DNA from: Candidatus Limnocylindrales bacterium
GTDB lineage: Bacteria; Chloroflexota; Limnocylindria; Limnocylindrales; CSP1-4
Direction: 5' to 3'
Assembly (NCBI GenBank): GCA_035693125.1
Contig: DASSHB010000031.1
Coordinates: forward strand, 29,864 to 93,863
Length of the DNA: 64,000 nt
Below are positions 42,792 through 51,066 of this stretch, piece by piece. Positions within the stretch are counted from its first letter, which is position 1. Every line of letters begins with the position of its first letter. Made by a program: the position numbers and the translations under genes. The notes beneath the pieces were generated by a model, which had not been told where the DNA came from, made no database searches, and saw nothing but the letters and a program-made list of their open reading frames with translations.

Positions 42792-43654
42792 GCCTCCTGA
42801 GCGACGCGCCGGCCGTCATCGTCAACCAGCCGGACGAGGCCCAGCCGACCAAGGGCAGCCGGGAGCTCGGCTTCTCGTTCCTGTTCATCGTCTTCACGGT
42901 CTACATGCTCATCCCGCTGGTCGGGGTGTTCCTCTTCTCGATCGCGACGACGTGGTTCGACACGGTCCTGCCGGTCGGCTACACGTTCGACCACGTGATC
43001 GAGACGGTCACCGATCCGCTCTTCATCCCGACCACCGGCCGGTCCCTGATCGCCGCCCTGGCAACGATCATCGTGAGCGTCGTCCTGATGACCCCGGTGA
43101 TGTTCCTGATCCACGTCGCCGCGCCGCGCTTGCGCCCGGTCGTCGAGTTCCTGTCGCTCCTGCCCTTCGCGCTGCCGACGATCGTCCTCGCCCTGTCCCT
43201 GATCCGGACGTACTCGGCGCCGCCGATCGTCCTCTCGGGCACGCCGACGCTCCTGATCCTGAGCTACGTGGTGACCGGCCTGCCGTTCATGTACCGGGCG
43301 CTCGACAACAGTCTCCGGGCGATCGACACGACGACCCTCAACGAGGCCTCCGCGACGCTCGGTGCGTCGCGCTGGACGACCCTCCGCCGGGTGATCCTGC
43401 CGAACATCCGGACCGGGCTCGCGGCGGGCGCGCTGCTCGTGTTCTCGGTCTCCTTCGGCGAGTTCACCCTCTCGTCGTTCATCGTCGGCGACGCCTGGAA
43501 GACCTCCGGCGTCTGGACGGTGGCGATCTGGGACGACCAGCCGCACAAGACGACGGTGATGGTCGTCATCGGCTTCGCGATCAGCTGGATCATCTCGCTG
43601 ATCATCCTGTTCGCCTTCTCGAAGCGGGCGACGGTCGAGGTCGGCCAGCGCTGA
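42788..43654 (+). CDS. ABC transporter permease (PotC-like)
   Basis: The ATG at 42788 overlaps the upstream stop (ATGA). EAA-like loop ..LNEASATLGASRWTTLRRVILPN.. Confidence 0.85.
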   Translation: MSLLSDAPAVIVNQPDEAQPTKGSRELGFSFLFIVFTVYMLIPLVGVFLFSIATTWFDTVLPVGYTFDHVIETVTDPLFIPTTGRSLIAALATIIVSVVLMTPVMFLIHVAAPRLRPVVEFLSLLPFALPTIVLALSLIRTYSAPPIVLSGTPTLLILSYVVTGLPFMYRALDNSLRAIDTTTLNEASATLGASRWTTLRRVILPNIRTGLAAGALLVFSVSFGEFTLSSFIVGDAWKTSGVWTVAIWDDQPHKTTVMVVIGFAISWIISLIILFAFSKRATVEVGQR

Positions 43655-43695
43655 GGGCTGCCGGAGGGACGACGCGATCGCGCGAGATCGTTCCT

Positions 43696-43708
43696 ATCAT
43701 GCGTCTGA
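43696..43708 (+). promoter_or_regulatory. Recurrent 13-mer motif, copy upstream of the third GntR gene
   Basis: ATCATGCGTCTGA overlaps a TATCAT -10-like hexamer (43695-43700). It matches 12/13 with the copy at 55504-55516. Confidence 0.4.
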
Positions 43709-43736
43709 TGCCCAGCTCGTCGCCCACCTGCCGGCC

Positions 43737-44483
43737 GTGACGATGCATCCCGGCCGCGGCCGGCCGCTCCTGGCCGACGTCGTCCGCAGCGAGCTGAAGC
43801 GCCTGATCCTGGGTGGCGAGTTCGCGGTGGGCTCCAAGCTGCCCAACGAGGACCGGCTGTGCGAGCGCTTCGGCGTGAGCCGGGTCACGATCCGGGAGGC
43901 CGTCCGCGGCCTGATCGAGGACGGCCTGGTCGTCCGCCGTCATGGCTCCGGCACGTACGTGACGCGCCGACCGCTGATCCGGAACTCCCTCGACGTGAAC
44001 TACAGCTACACCGAGCACTTCCAGGCGTCCGGATTCCGGCCGGGCCGCAAGCTGGTGGGGCTGCGCACGGTGCCGGCCAACCACGAGGACGCCGCGGCGC
44101 TGGGCATCGAGCCCGGCACGCCCGTTCGCGAGGTCCGTCGCGTCCGGACGGCGGACAGCCGGCCGGCGATCTACTCGATCGATCGGATCCCGGTGGCGCT
44201 GCTCGCGGCCGGTGTCGACCGCTCGGAGTACGGCGGCTCGCTCTACCGGATCCTGACCGATGCCGGCCATCCGATCTCCCATGCCGAAGCCGTCCTCCGG
44301 CCGGCGGTCGCGAGCGCCGAGCTGGCCCGCGTCCTCGATGTCTCCCCCGGGACGCCGGTCCAGGAGCTGCACCAGGTGGACTTCGACCAGGACGGCCGCG
44401 CGGTGATGGTCTCCGACGAGTGGCACGTGACGTCGATCATCGAGCTGCGGGTGTATCGCCGGGGGCCCGGCCCGGTCGCCTGA
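43737..44483 (+). CDS. GntR-family transcriptional regulator, HutC subfamily
   Basis: LPNEDRLCERFGVSRVTIREAVRGLIEDGLVVRRHGSGTYV plus a UTRA-like domain. Confidence 0.85.
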   Translation: MTMHPGRGRPLLADVVRSELKRLILGGEFAVGSKLPNEDRLCERFGVSRVTIREAVRGLIEDGLVVRRHGSGTYVTRRPLIRNSLDVNYSYTEHFQASGFRPGRKLVGLRTVPANHEDAAALGIEPGTPVREVRRVRTADSRPAIYSIDRIPVALLAAGVDRSEYGGSLYRILTDAGHPISHAEAVLRPAVASAELARVLDVSPGTPVQELHQVDFDQDGRAVMVSDEWHVTSIIELRVYRRGPGPVA

Positions 44484-44559
44484 CCGCGACCCCCGCGGCC
44501 CAGGCCTTGACGCGGCCGCGCGATCGCCGCGCGGCGTCCCGGATCATGTAGGATAAGTC

Positions 44560-44572
44560 ATCATACGACTCT
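44560..44572 (+). promoter_or_regulatory. Recurrent 13-mer motif, copy upstream of the second FGGY kinase
   Basis: ATCATACGACTCT lies just downstream of a TAGGAT -10-like hexamer (44549-44554), in an unusually AT-rich patch. Confidence 0.4.
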
Positions 44573-44591
44573 GTCCGTCGGAGGGATCGCC

Positions 44592-46094
44592 ATCTACGTC
44601 ATCGGCTGCGACGTCGGAACCCAGTCGACGAAGGCGATCGTCCTCGACGACCGGGGCGCGATCGCCGGCCGTGGCGCCCGCTCGTATCCGGTGTCGCACC
44701 CGCGACCCGGCTGGGCCGAGCAGGACCCCGAAGCCTGGCTGACGGCCGCTGCCGGGGCCATCGCGGACGCGATCGCCGACGCGGGACAACCCGGTGCGCG
44801 GTGCGCCGCGATCGGCTTTGCCGCGCAGCTCGACGGGATCGTGGCGGTCGACGCCGCGAACCGGCCCCTCGGACCCGCGCCCATCTGGATGGATCGCCGC
44901 GCGACCGCGGAGGTGGCCGCGGCCGCGGACCGGATCGGCCCGGACCGGATCCGCGCGATCAGCGGCGCCAACGCCGATCCCTCCCACGGCGCGCCGAAGA
45001 TCGCCTGGCTTCGCGAGCACCTCGACGCGACACCGGACGGCTACCTGCTGCCGGCCGCCTGGATCGTCGCTCGACTCACCGGGCGGCGGGTCGTCGACCC
45101 GGCGAACGCGTCGTGTCTCCTGCTGCTCGACGTGGAACGCGGCGGCTGGTCCGCCGAGGCCCTCGCGGCGTTCGGGGTCGATGAGCGGACCCTCGGCGAC
45201 CTGCGGCCCGCGACCGACGTTGCCGGACCGTTGCTCGGCGAGGTGGCACGCGCGTGGGGCGTCGCGGAGTGTCCGGTCGTGGTCGGGACGGGCGACGAGC
45301 ACGCCGCGTGCGTCGCGGCCGGGATCCTCCGGCCGGGGATCATCGGCGACATCGCCGGCACGGCCGAGCCCGTCGCCGCCGCGGCCGATCGGCCCGTTCG
45401 CGATCCGGCCGGCCTGGTCGAGACCCATGCCCATGTCCCGAGCGGGTCGTGGCTCGTGGAGCATCCGGGGTTCGTCTCGGCGGGCAGCGTGCGCTGGCTG
45501 GCCGAGGACCTGCTGGGCGTGGCCCAGCCGGAGATCGGACGGCTCGCCGCGGACGCTCCCGCCGGCGCGGGCGGCGTCGGGTTCCTGCCGGCCCTCGGCG
45601 GTGCGATGACCCCGCGCTGGGAGCCGTCCGTCCTCGGTGCGTTCAGCGGGCTCGCGGCCGGCCACGATCGGCGGCATCTCGCCCGGGCCGTCCTCGAGGG
45701 CTGCTCGTACGCGGTCCGCGACGTCGTCGAGCGGCTGGCCGAGCTGGGATTGGCCGGCGACACGATCCGGGTCGTCGGCGGCGGGGCTCGCGACGACACC
45801 TGGCTCCGGATCAAGGCGGACGTCACGGGCCGCCGAATCGAGCGGCTCGCCGAACCGGAGGCGACGGCCCTCGGGGCGGCCCTGATCGCCGCGGTGGGCG
45901 TCGGCTGGTTCGCCGATCTCGATGCCGCAAGCGCCGCCACGCTGCGACTCGCACCGGAGGTCATCGAGCCCGACGCGGCCCAGCGGGCGCGCTACGAGGA
46001 CGGCTGGGCCGCGCATCGCGAGCGATTCGACGTCCTGGCCGCGGCCGGTCGCGATTCGACGCAACTCGCCGCCCTCGGCGGCCGACCGGCATGA
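44592..46094 (+). CDS. FGGY-family carbohydrate kinase; probable non-canonical ATC start
   Basis: The ORF track starts at GTG 44691, but the conserved FGGY N-terminus IYVIGCDVGTQSTKAIVLDD is encoded in-frame upstream. GGAGGG (44579-44584) lies 7 nt before ATC 44592. Later motifs are VVGTGDEHAACVAAG and VVGGGARDDTWLRIKADVTGRRI. Confidence 0.8.
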   Translation: MYVIGCDVGTQSTKAIVLDDRGAIAGRGARSYPVSHPRPGWAEQDPEAWLTAAAGAIADAIADAGQPGARCAAIGFAAQLDGIVAVDAANRPLGPAPIWMDRRATAEVAAAADRIGPDRIRAISGANADPSHGAPKIAWLREHLDATPDGYLLPAAWIVARLTGRRVVDPANASCLLLLDVERGGWSAEALAAFGVDERTLGDLRPATDVAGPLLGEVARAWGVAECPVVVGTGDEHAACVAAGILRPGIIGDIAGTAEPVAAAADRPVRDPAGLVETHAHVPSGSWLVEHPGFVSAGSVRWLAEDLLGVAQPEIGRLAADAPAGAGGVGFLPALGGAMTPRWEPSVLGAFSGLAAGHDRRHLARAVLEGCSYAVRDVVERLAELGLAGDTIRVVGGGARDDTWLRIKADVTGRRIERLAEPEATALGAALIAAVGVGWFADLDAASAATLRLAPEVIEPDAAQRARYEDGWAAHRERFDVLAAAGRDSTQLAALGGRPA

Positions 46095-47548
46095 CGGCGC
46101 GCCGCCATCTCGACCCGACCGATCTCGCCGCGGTTCGGGCCGCGGTCGGACTCGACGTCGCGGGCTCGAGGCTGCACGACGTGGGTCTCGAGCGCATCGT
46201 GATCGCCCGCGATGCGCTCGATTCCCTGCCCGAGCTCGTCCGAACGGCTCTGGCCGCGGCCGGCCGCCTCCCGGGGGCGGAGACGCCGTCCGTGGCCGTC
46301 GTCGTCGACGGCCACCCGATGGATCGCGGCGGCGCCGATCTCCGCGCCCTCGTCGTCGACCGGCTCGAAGGCGTCGCGGACGTTCGGATGGTCGTGCTGG
46401 GGACGGCGGACCGCGAGCTGCACGCCGAGGCATCGACGATCGCGGCCGCGGTCGAGGCCGCACGGGGTGCGGCCTGCCTCGTCGCGCTCGGCTCCGGAAC
46501 GATCTGTGACATCGTCAAGGAGGCGAGCCGCGAGCTGGGCGTCGCCGACATCGCGGTCCAGACCGCCAACTCCGTCAACGCCTTCTCGGACGACATGGCG
46601 GTCCTGCTCATCCGCGGCGTCAAGCGGACGGTCCCGTCGCGCTGGCCGACGGCCCTGCTCGTCGACCTGACCACGATCGCCGACGCGCCCGCCCGGCTGA
46701 ACCGCGCCGGGGTGGGGGAGCTCGCCGCGATGTTCACCGCGCCCGCCGACTGGCGCCTGGCCGCGGCGTTCGGGATGGATCCGACCTGGGACCCGCGCGT
46801 CGTCCGGCTGTTCACCGATGGCGGCGACGCCCTGCTCGAGGCGGCATCGGCGGCGACCTCGCCGGAGCCCGACGATCATCGACCGCTCGTCGAGCTGATG
46901 ACCCTGAGCGGGCTCGCCCTCGGCATTGCCGGCAAAACCTCGCCGATCTCGGGGACCGAGCACACGGTCAGCCACCTGCTGGACATGGTCGCGGCGCGCG
47001 AGCACACGCCGACGGGCCTCCACGGCGCGCAGGTCGGGGTGGCCGCGCTCGCCGTGTCCGTGGCCTGGCAACGCGTCCTGACCGCGATCGACCCGGTCGG
47101 GCTCGTGGAGCGGCCCACGCCGTCACACGAGCGGATGCTCGCGCGCACCGAGGACGCCTTCGGGGATCTCGATCCGAGTGGGGCGATGGCCGAGGAATGC
47201 TGGGCCCAGTACCGGCTGAAGCTCGAACGCTGGGAGGCTCAACGCCCGAACCTGCCGGCGATCGTCAGCGGCTGGGCGGCGTTGCGCGACGACCTGGGCG
47301 AGTTCCTGGGATCGCCGCAGCGCGTGGCGTCCGTGCTCTCCGCGGCCGGCGCGCCGGCGCGGTTCGATGAGCTGGACCCGGCCGTCAGCCGCGAGGACGC
47401 CGCCTGGGCGCTGTACAACGGCCACCTGATCCGCGATCGGTTCACCCTCGCCGATCTGGCCTGGTTCGCGGGGACGTGGACGCCCGATCTCGTCCGAGCC
47501 TCCATCGACGAAGCCGCCGCGATCGCGGCGGCGGCAGGAGGAGCGTGA
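46091..47548 (+). CDS. Iron-containing alcohol dehydrogenase family, sn-glycerol-1-phosphate dehydrogenase (AraM/EgsA)-like
   Basis: ATGA overlap with the kinase stop. Motifs LVALGSGTICDIVK, ..RAGVGEL.., and the metal-His motifs GTEHTVSHLLD and GLHGAQVGV. Confidence 0.75.
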   Translation: MTARRHLDPTDLAAVRAAVGLDVAGSRLHDVGLERIVIARDALDSLPELVRTALAAAGRLPGAETPSVAVVVDGHPMDRGGADLRALVVDRLEGVADVRMVVLGTADRELHAEASTIAAAVEAARGAACLVALGSGTICDIVKEASRELGVADIAVQTANSVNAFSDDMAVLLIRGVKRTVPSRWPTALLVDLTTIADAPARLNRAGVGELAAMFTAPADWRLAAAFGMDPTWDPRVVRLFTDGGDALLEAASAATSPEPDDHRPLVELMTLSGLALGIAGKTSPISGTEHTVSHLLDMVAAREHTPTGLHGAQVGVAALAVSVAWQRVLTAIDPVGLVERPTPSHERMLARTEDAFGDLDPSGAMAEECWAQYRLKLERWEAQRPNLPAIVSGWAALRDDLGEFLGSPQRVASVLSAAGAPARFDELDPAVSREDAAWALYNGHLIRDRFTLADLAWFAGTWTPDLVRASIDEAAAIAAAAGGA

Positions 47549-48381
47549 CGACGGCGACGGGCGGCGGGCGCGCCGTCCGACCGGCCGAGCGACGCTACCC
47601 GGGCTACGTCCTGGACCTGGACGGGACCGTCTATCTCGGCGGCTCGCCCCTGCCCGGCGCGGTCGACGCGATCGGCCGGCTGCGCGCGCTCGGCAGCCGC
47701 TTCGTGTTCCTCTCGAACAACCCACTCTGGGCACCGGCGGCCTACGCCGAGAAGCTGCGCGCGATGGGGATCCCGGTCGAGGACCGCGAAGTCGTGTCCT
47801 CGATCGACGCGCTCCTGGCCTATCTCGGCGACCGACCGCCGGAACGGATCCTGGCGATCTGCGAGCCGCTCCTGACCGAGCTGCTCGGCGAGGCCGGATA
47901 CGCCCTGACGGACGATCCGCGGGCGGCGGATGCGGTCGTCCTGTCGTGGGACCGCGGCTTCACCTACGACAAGCTCCATGCCGCGTATGTCGCGCTCCGC
48001 AACGGGGCCCGGCTCATCGCCACGAACCCCGACCCGTACTGCCCGACGCCCGAGGGCGGCCTGCCCGACTGCGGCGCGCTCCTCGCCGCGGTCGAGGTGG
48101 CCAGTGGCGTCCGGGCCGAGGCGGTCGTCGGCAAGCCGTCGGTCCACATCGCCCGAGCGGCCCTGTCGCGCCTGGGCGTTCCCGCCGGCGACGCCCTGAT
48201 GGTCGGCGACCGGGTCCTGACCGACGTGGGTCTCGCCCGCGCGGCCGGGATGACCGCGGCGCTCGTCCTGACCGGCGCGACCGCGCTGGGCGACGTGCCA
48301 CCGCCGCCCCACGGCCCCGATCTCGTCCTGGAAGGCCTCGGCCAGCTCATTCCGCCATCGATCGAGGGGAGCCCATCGTGA
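47545..48381 (+). CDS. HAD-IIA family hydrolase (NagD-like sugar-phosphate phosphatase)
   Basis: GTGA overlap. Motifs YVLDLDGTVY, FLSNN, GKPS and MVGDRVLTDV. Confidence 0.85.
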   Translation: MTTATGGGRAVRPAERRYPGYVLDLDGTVYLGGSPLPGAVDAIGRLRALGSRFVFLSNNPLWAPAAYAEKLRAMGIPVEDREVVSSIDALLAYLGDRPPERILAICEPLLTELLGEAGYALTDDPRAADAVVLSWDRGFTYDKLHAAYVALRNGARLIATNPDPYCPTPEGGLPDCGALLAAVEVASGVRAEAVVGKPSVHIARAALSRLGVPAGDALMVGDRVLTDVGLARAAGMTAALVLTGATALGDVPPPPHGPDLVLEGLGQLIPPSIEGSPS

Positions 48382-49049
48382 TCGAGTTCGTGTTCATGCT
48401 CACCCACAGCGACCGGACGGTCCCGAACGCCCGGGCCGTGTACGACGAGATCCGCGAGGCGGACCTGCGCTACGTCGGGTTCAAGGACATCGGCCTCCCG
48501 ATCGCGGAGCTCAAGGCCCTCTCGGCGGCGATCCGGGCCGACGGTCGCGAGGTGATGCTCGAGGTCGTGTCCGAGGCGAAGGACGACGAGCTGCGCTCGA
48601 TCCGGGCCGCGCTCGAGATCGGGGTCGACTGGCTGCTGGGCGGAACCCATCCCGAGGACGCGCTCCGGATCCTCGACGGCACCGACGGGATCCGGTACTG
48701 CCCGTTCCCCGGCCGGGTGATCGGTCACCCGAGCCTCCTGCGCGGGACGATCGACGAGATCGCGAGCGACGCCGACCGGCTCACCTCGATGCCGGGCGTC
48801 CACGGCCTGGACCTGCTCGCCTACCGCTATGACGGCGACGTCGAAGCGTTGACCGCGGCCGTCCGCGAGCGGGCCCACGGCCCCGTCATCGCCGCCGGCA
48901 GCGTCGATTCGCTCGAGCGGATCGCGGCCCTCGAGCGGATCGGCGTCTGGGGCTTCACGATCGGTGGGGCGATCTTCGACGGGAAGTTCGCGGGCGCGCC
49001 GTCCGTCGCCGCCCAGATCGCGACCGTGCTGGCCGCGACCGGCCGCTAA
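48378..49049 (+). CDS. Putative phosphate-binding (beta/alpha)8-barrel protein, GlpP/NanE-like, function unknown
   Basis: GTGA overlap. Alternating strand/helix pattern with a C-terminal ..PVIAAGSVDSLERIAALERIGVWGFTIGGAIFDGKF, reminiscent of G3P-antiterminator / ManNAc-6-P-epimerase-type barrels. The family assignment is tentative. Confidence 0.55.
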   Translation: MIEFVFMLTHSDRTVPNARAVYDEIREADLRYVGFKDIGLPIAELKALSAAIRADGREVMLEVVSEAKDDELRSIRAALEIGVDWLLGGTHPEDALRILDGTDGIRYCPFPGRVIGHPSLLRGTIDEIASDADRLTSMPGVHGLDLLAYRYDGDVEALTAAVRERAHGPVIAAGSVDSLERIAALERIGVWGFTIGGAIFDGKFAGAPSVAAQIATVLAATGR

Positions 49050-50134
49050 GCCGGCCCGGCGTCCGGGCCCACCGGCCGGACGCGCTCGAACCGACCGGTT
49101 CGGGCCGAGCGGTAGAGAGCCAGCACGGTCGCAAGCGCGACGTCCACGTCGGCCAGGCCCGGGCTCGGCGGCCGCCCGACGCGGATCGCTCCGACGAATG
49201 CCCGGATCGTCGCGACGAACGGGTCGACCGGTTCGGGCTCGAGCTCCAGCCAGCCCGCCGGCCGGGCGTCGCCCGTCGCCGCCCGGTGGTAGTGGCGCAG
49301 CTGCGGCCGAGCCGCGTACGGGTCGCCGAGCCGGACCGACCCGTCGGTGCCGTCGAGCTCGATCGTCTCCTCCTCGACGGCGCCGGGGGCATGGGCCGCG
49401 GCCACGAGGCTGCCGAGGACGCCGTCGCGGTACTCGAGCGTCGCGCTCGCGACGTCCTCGACCTCGACGCCGGGGATGCCGTAGCTGGTGAGGCCGGCGA
49501 CGCGGAGGGGCTCGAGGCCCGTGATCGCGCGAACGAGGTCCAGCTGGTGGATCGCGTTCATCAGGGCGACGCCGCCACCGGCCCGGGCCAGGCTCGCCCG
49601 CCACGGATCACGGACCGCGCCAGTCGGCCCGGCCGACCAGTAGTCCGCGGGCTTGTCGATCAGCGTCCGGATCCGGACCGAGCGCAGCCGGCCGAGGCTG
49701 CCCGTCCGGACCAGGGCCGTCGCCGCCGCGACCGTCGAGACCTGCCGGAGCTCGAAGACGACGCCAACCGATCGCCCGGCGGCGGCCGCCGCATCGCGGA
49801 TCGCGCGGATCCCGCGGGCCGTCGTCGCACCGGGTTTCTCGACGAGGACGTGATGGTCCGCCCGGAGGGCCGCGACCGCCGTCGGCGCGAGCCGATCGTG
49901 GGGCAGCGCGATCGCGACGACGTCGACGGCCGGATCGCGCAGGAGCGCGGCGAGCGACGAGCGGGTCTCGCAGCCGTGGCGCGCGGCGACGGCCGCGGCC
50001 CGGACCGGGTCGCGATCGTGGACCGCGACGAGCCGAGCCGCCGGCACCCCGGCGATCCCGCGAGCGAGATCGGCCGCGGCCCCACCGCAGCCCACGAGCG
50101 CGAAGCCGAGCGGCGCCTCGGCCGGGCGCCTCAC
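49046..50134 (-). CDS. Gfo/Idh/MocA family oxidoreductase
   Basis: N-terminal Rossmann motif FALVGCGGAAADLARG, plus VVAIALPHDRLAPTAVAALRADHHVLVEKP (the EKP motif). Confidence 0.85.
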   Translation of the reverse strand: MRRPAEAPLGFALVGCGGAAADLARGIAGVPAARLVAVHDRDPVRAAAVAARHGCETRSSLAALLRDPAVDVVAIALPHDRLAPTAVAALRADHHVLVEKPGATTARGIRAIRDAAAAAGRSVGVVFELRQVSTVAAATALVRTGSLGRLRSVRIRTLIDKPADYWSAGPTGAVRDPWRASLARAGGGVALMNAIHQLDLVRAITGLEPLRVAGLTSYGIPGVEVEDVASATLEYRDGVLGSLVAAAHAPGAVEEETIELDGTDGSVRLGDPYAARPQLRHYHRAATGDARPAGWLELEPEPVDPFVATIRAFVGAIRVGRPPSPGLADVDVALATVLALYRSARTGRFERVRPVGPDAGPA

Positions 50135-51066
50135 GGGACCGATCGCCGGACGAGATCGCCGAACGCCGGATCCTCGGCGTCCGCCCGGCCCAGCCCGAAC
50201 CGATCGCCCGGCAGGCGTGGCGAAGCGTGGAACGCCGCCGCGAACCCGGCCCGCTCGAGGGCGCCGGCCGAGCCGCCGCCCGATGCGCCGTACGGATAGG
50301 CGAACGCCCAGGGCCCCGGCTCCGGCGCGAGGAACGCGGCACTGGCCGCGATCTCGGCGGCCACCCGGTCCGCCGGCTCATGGTCGAACCAGAGGTGGCG
50401 GCGTCCATGTCCGCCGATCGTGTGACCGGCCGCACGCATCGTCGCGACGTCCGCCGGTGCGAGGTGGAGGGAATCGGCAACGTCGCCGGTCGGCCCCACG
50501 CGTTCCTCGACGAGCTCCTGGAGGATCGGCTCGACGACCCCGAGCAGATCGCGCTGGAGCGGCCGCTTCAGGATGTCGAGGGGTTCGGTGCCCGCCCTGC
50601 GCTCGCGCTCCTGGAGGGCCTCGAAGCGGGCCGCATCCGGGGCCGGCAGCCGGTCAAGCACGGCGTCGCGCAGACCGTCCGGGCCGAGGGGCGCGAGCAG
50701 GACATGGAGGGCATGCCCGACCGTCAGCGGCTCACCCGGCTCGCGGGCCATCGCGAAGAACACGCCGCGCCAGCCACGGGCGTCGAGACGCGGCGCCACG
50801 GACCGGGCGTGGTCGGCGAGGCCGTCGTCGAAGGTGAGGAGCGCCGCGCCCGCGGGGAGCGGCGGCCCGCCGGTCAGGGCCGCGGCGACGGATGGCCAGT
50901 CCACCACGGCCCGCTCACGGTCCAGCCGGTCGAGCTGCGCATCGAATGTCGCGAGGTCGAGGCCCGGGCTGCCGACACGCGGGGCTTGGGCGGGATCGCG
51001 GACGTAGTGCCACATCACGGTCAGGAGGCCGTCGAGTGGATGGCGGTGCGGCTCGGTCGTGGTCAT
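50131..51066 (-). CDS. Polysaccharide deacetylase (CE4-like) family protein
   Basis: Start MTTTEPHR at 51066. Motifs LLTFDDGLADH, ..GVFFAM.. and TIGGHGRRH. Confidence 0.75.
   Translation of the reverse strand: MTTTEPHRHPLDGLLTVMWHYVRDPAQAPRVGSPGLDLATFDAQLDRLDRERAVVDWPSVAAALTGGPPLPAGAALLTFDDGLADHARSVAPRLDARGWRGVFFAMAREPGEPLTVGHALHVLLAPLGPDGLRDAVLDRLPAPDAARFEALQERERRAGTEPLDILKRPLQRDLLGVVEPILQELVEERVGPTGDVADSLHLAPADVATMRAAGHTIGGHGRRHLWFDHEPADRVAAEIAASAAFLAPEPGPWAFAYPYGASGGGSAGALERAGFAAAFHASPRLPGDRFGLGRADAEDPAFGDLVRRSVP

Noticed and set aside
44507-44554. TTGACG (44507-44512) paired with TAGGAT (44549-44554) as a promoter for the second FGGY operon.
   Set aside because: The spacer would be 36 nt, far outside the 16-19 nt range. 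Only the -10-like hexamer is retained as a weak candidate.
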